Origin: an uncultured Janthinobacterium sp.
Lineage (GTDB): Bacteria > Vulcanimicrobiota > Vulcanimicrobiia > Vulcanimicrobiales > Vulcanimicrobiaceae
Direction of reading: 5' to 3'
Assembly (NCBI GenBank): GCA_964658025.1
Contig: CAZZXB010000009.1
Span: forward strand, 1 to 14,708
Length of the DNA stretch: 14,708 nt
Shown here: one piece after another, positions 14,704 to 14,708 of the stretch
How the letters are laid out: the number at the start of each line of letters is the position of its first letter
Position numbering within the stretch: the first letter of the stretch is position 1
Notes under the pieces: generated by a model
What the model was told of the DNA's origin: nothing
The model's input: only the letters and a program-made list of their open reading frames with translations
Databases searched by the model: none
Program-made: the position numbers and the translations under genes

Positions 14704-14708
14704 TAGCG

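Noticed and set aside
1..14708. tRNA, rRNA, transposase or integrase genes
   Set aside because: None recognised by eye; intergenic gaps are short and show no cloverleaf or recombinase motifs.

Overview
High-GC bacterial window, densely coded; the lipoprotein style and CG-rich codon usage suggest Eremiobacterota/Vulcanimicrobiota, but this is weak inference. The left 4.2 kb holds a RiPP-like locus that the ORF track only partly shows. On the minus strand are an unlisted 46-aa peptide with a YxxP leader motif (2531-2671), a stem-loop, an HPr-kinase-like P-loop kinase (1480-2451), and an unlisted S24/S26 peptidase fused to a nucleotidyltransferase that runs off the left edge (<1-1508). Divergently on the plus strand are a Pro/Thr-linker lipoprotein and a stand-alone PqqD/RRE protein. 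No lasso cyclase, B2 protease or radical SAM gene is visible in the window. The rest encodes a soluble MgtE-type PRC/MgtE_N/CBS protein coupled to an Nramp-related Mg2+-type transporter, a small membrane protein, a PucR/CdaR regulator, a glutamine synthetase I-alpha-like protein with several active-site substitutions, a membrane GGDEF protein, a group II PLP decarboxylase, a 63-aa possibly Sm-like protein, an aldo/keto reductase and RidA. The window ends in an intergenic inverted repeat. All calls come from motif recognition by eye; no searches were run.
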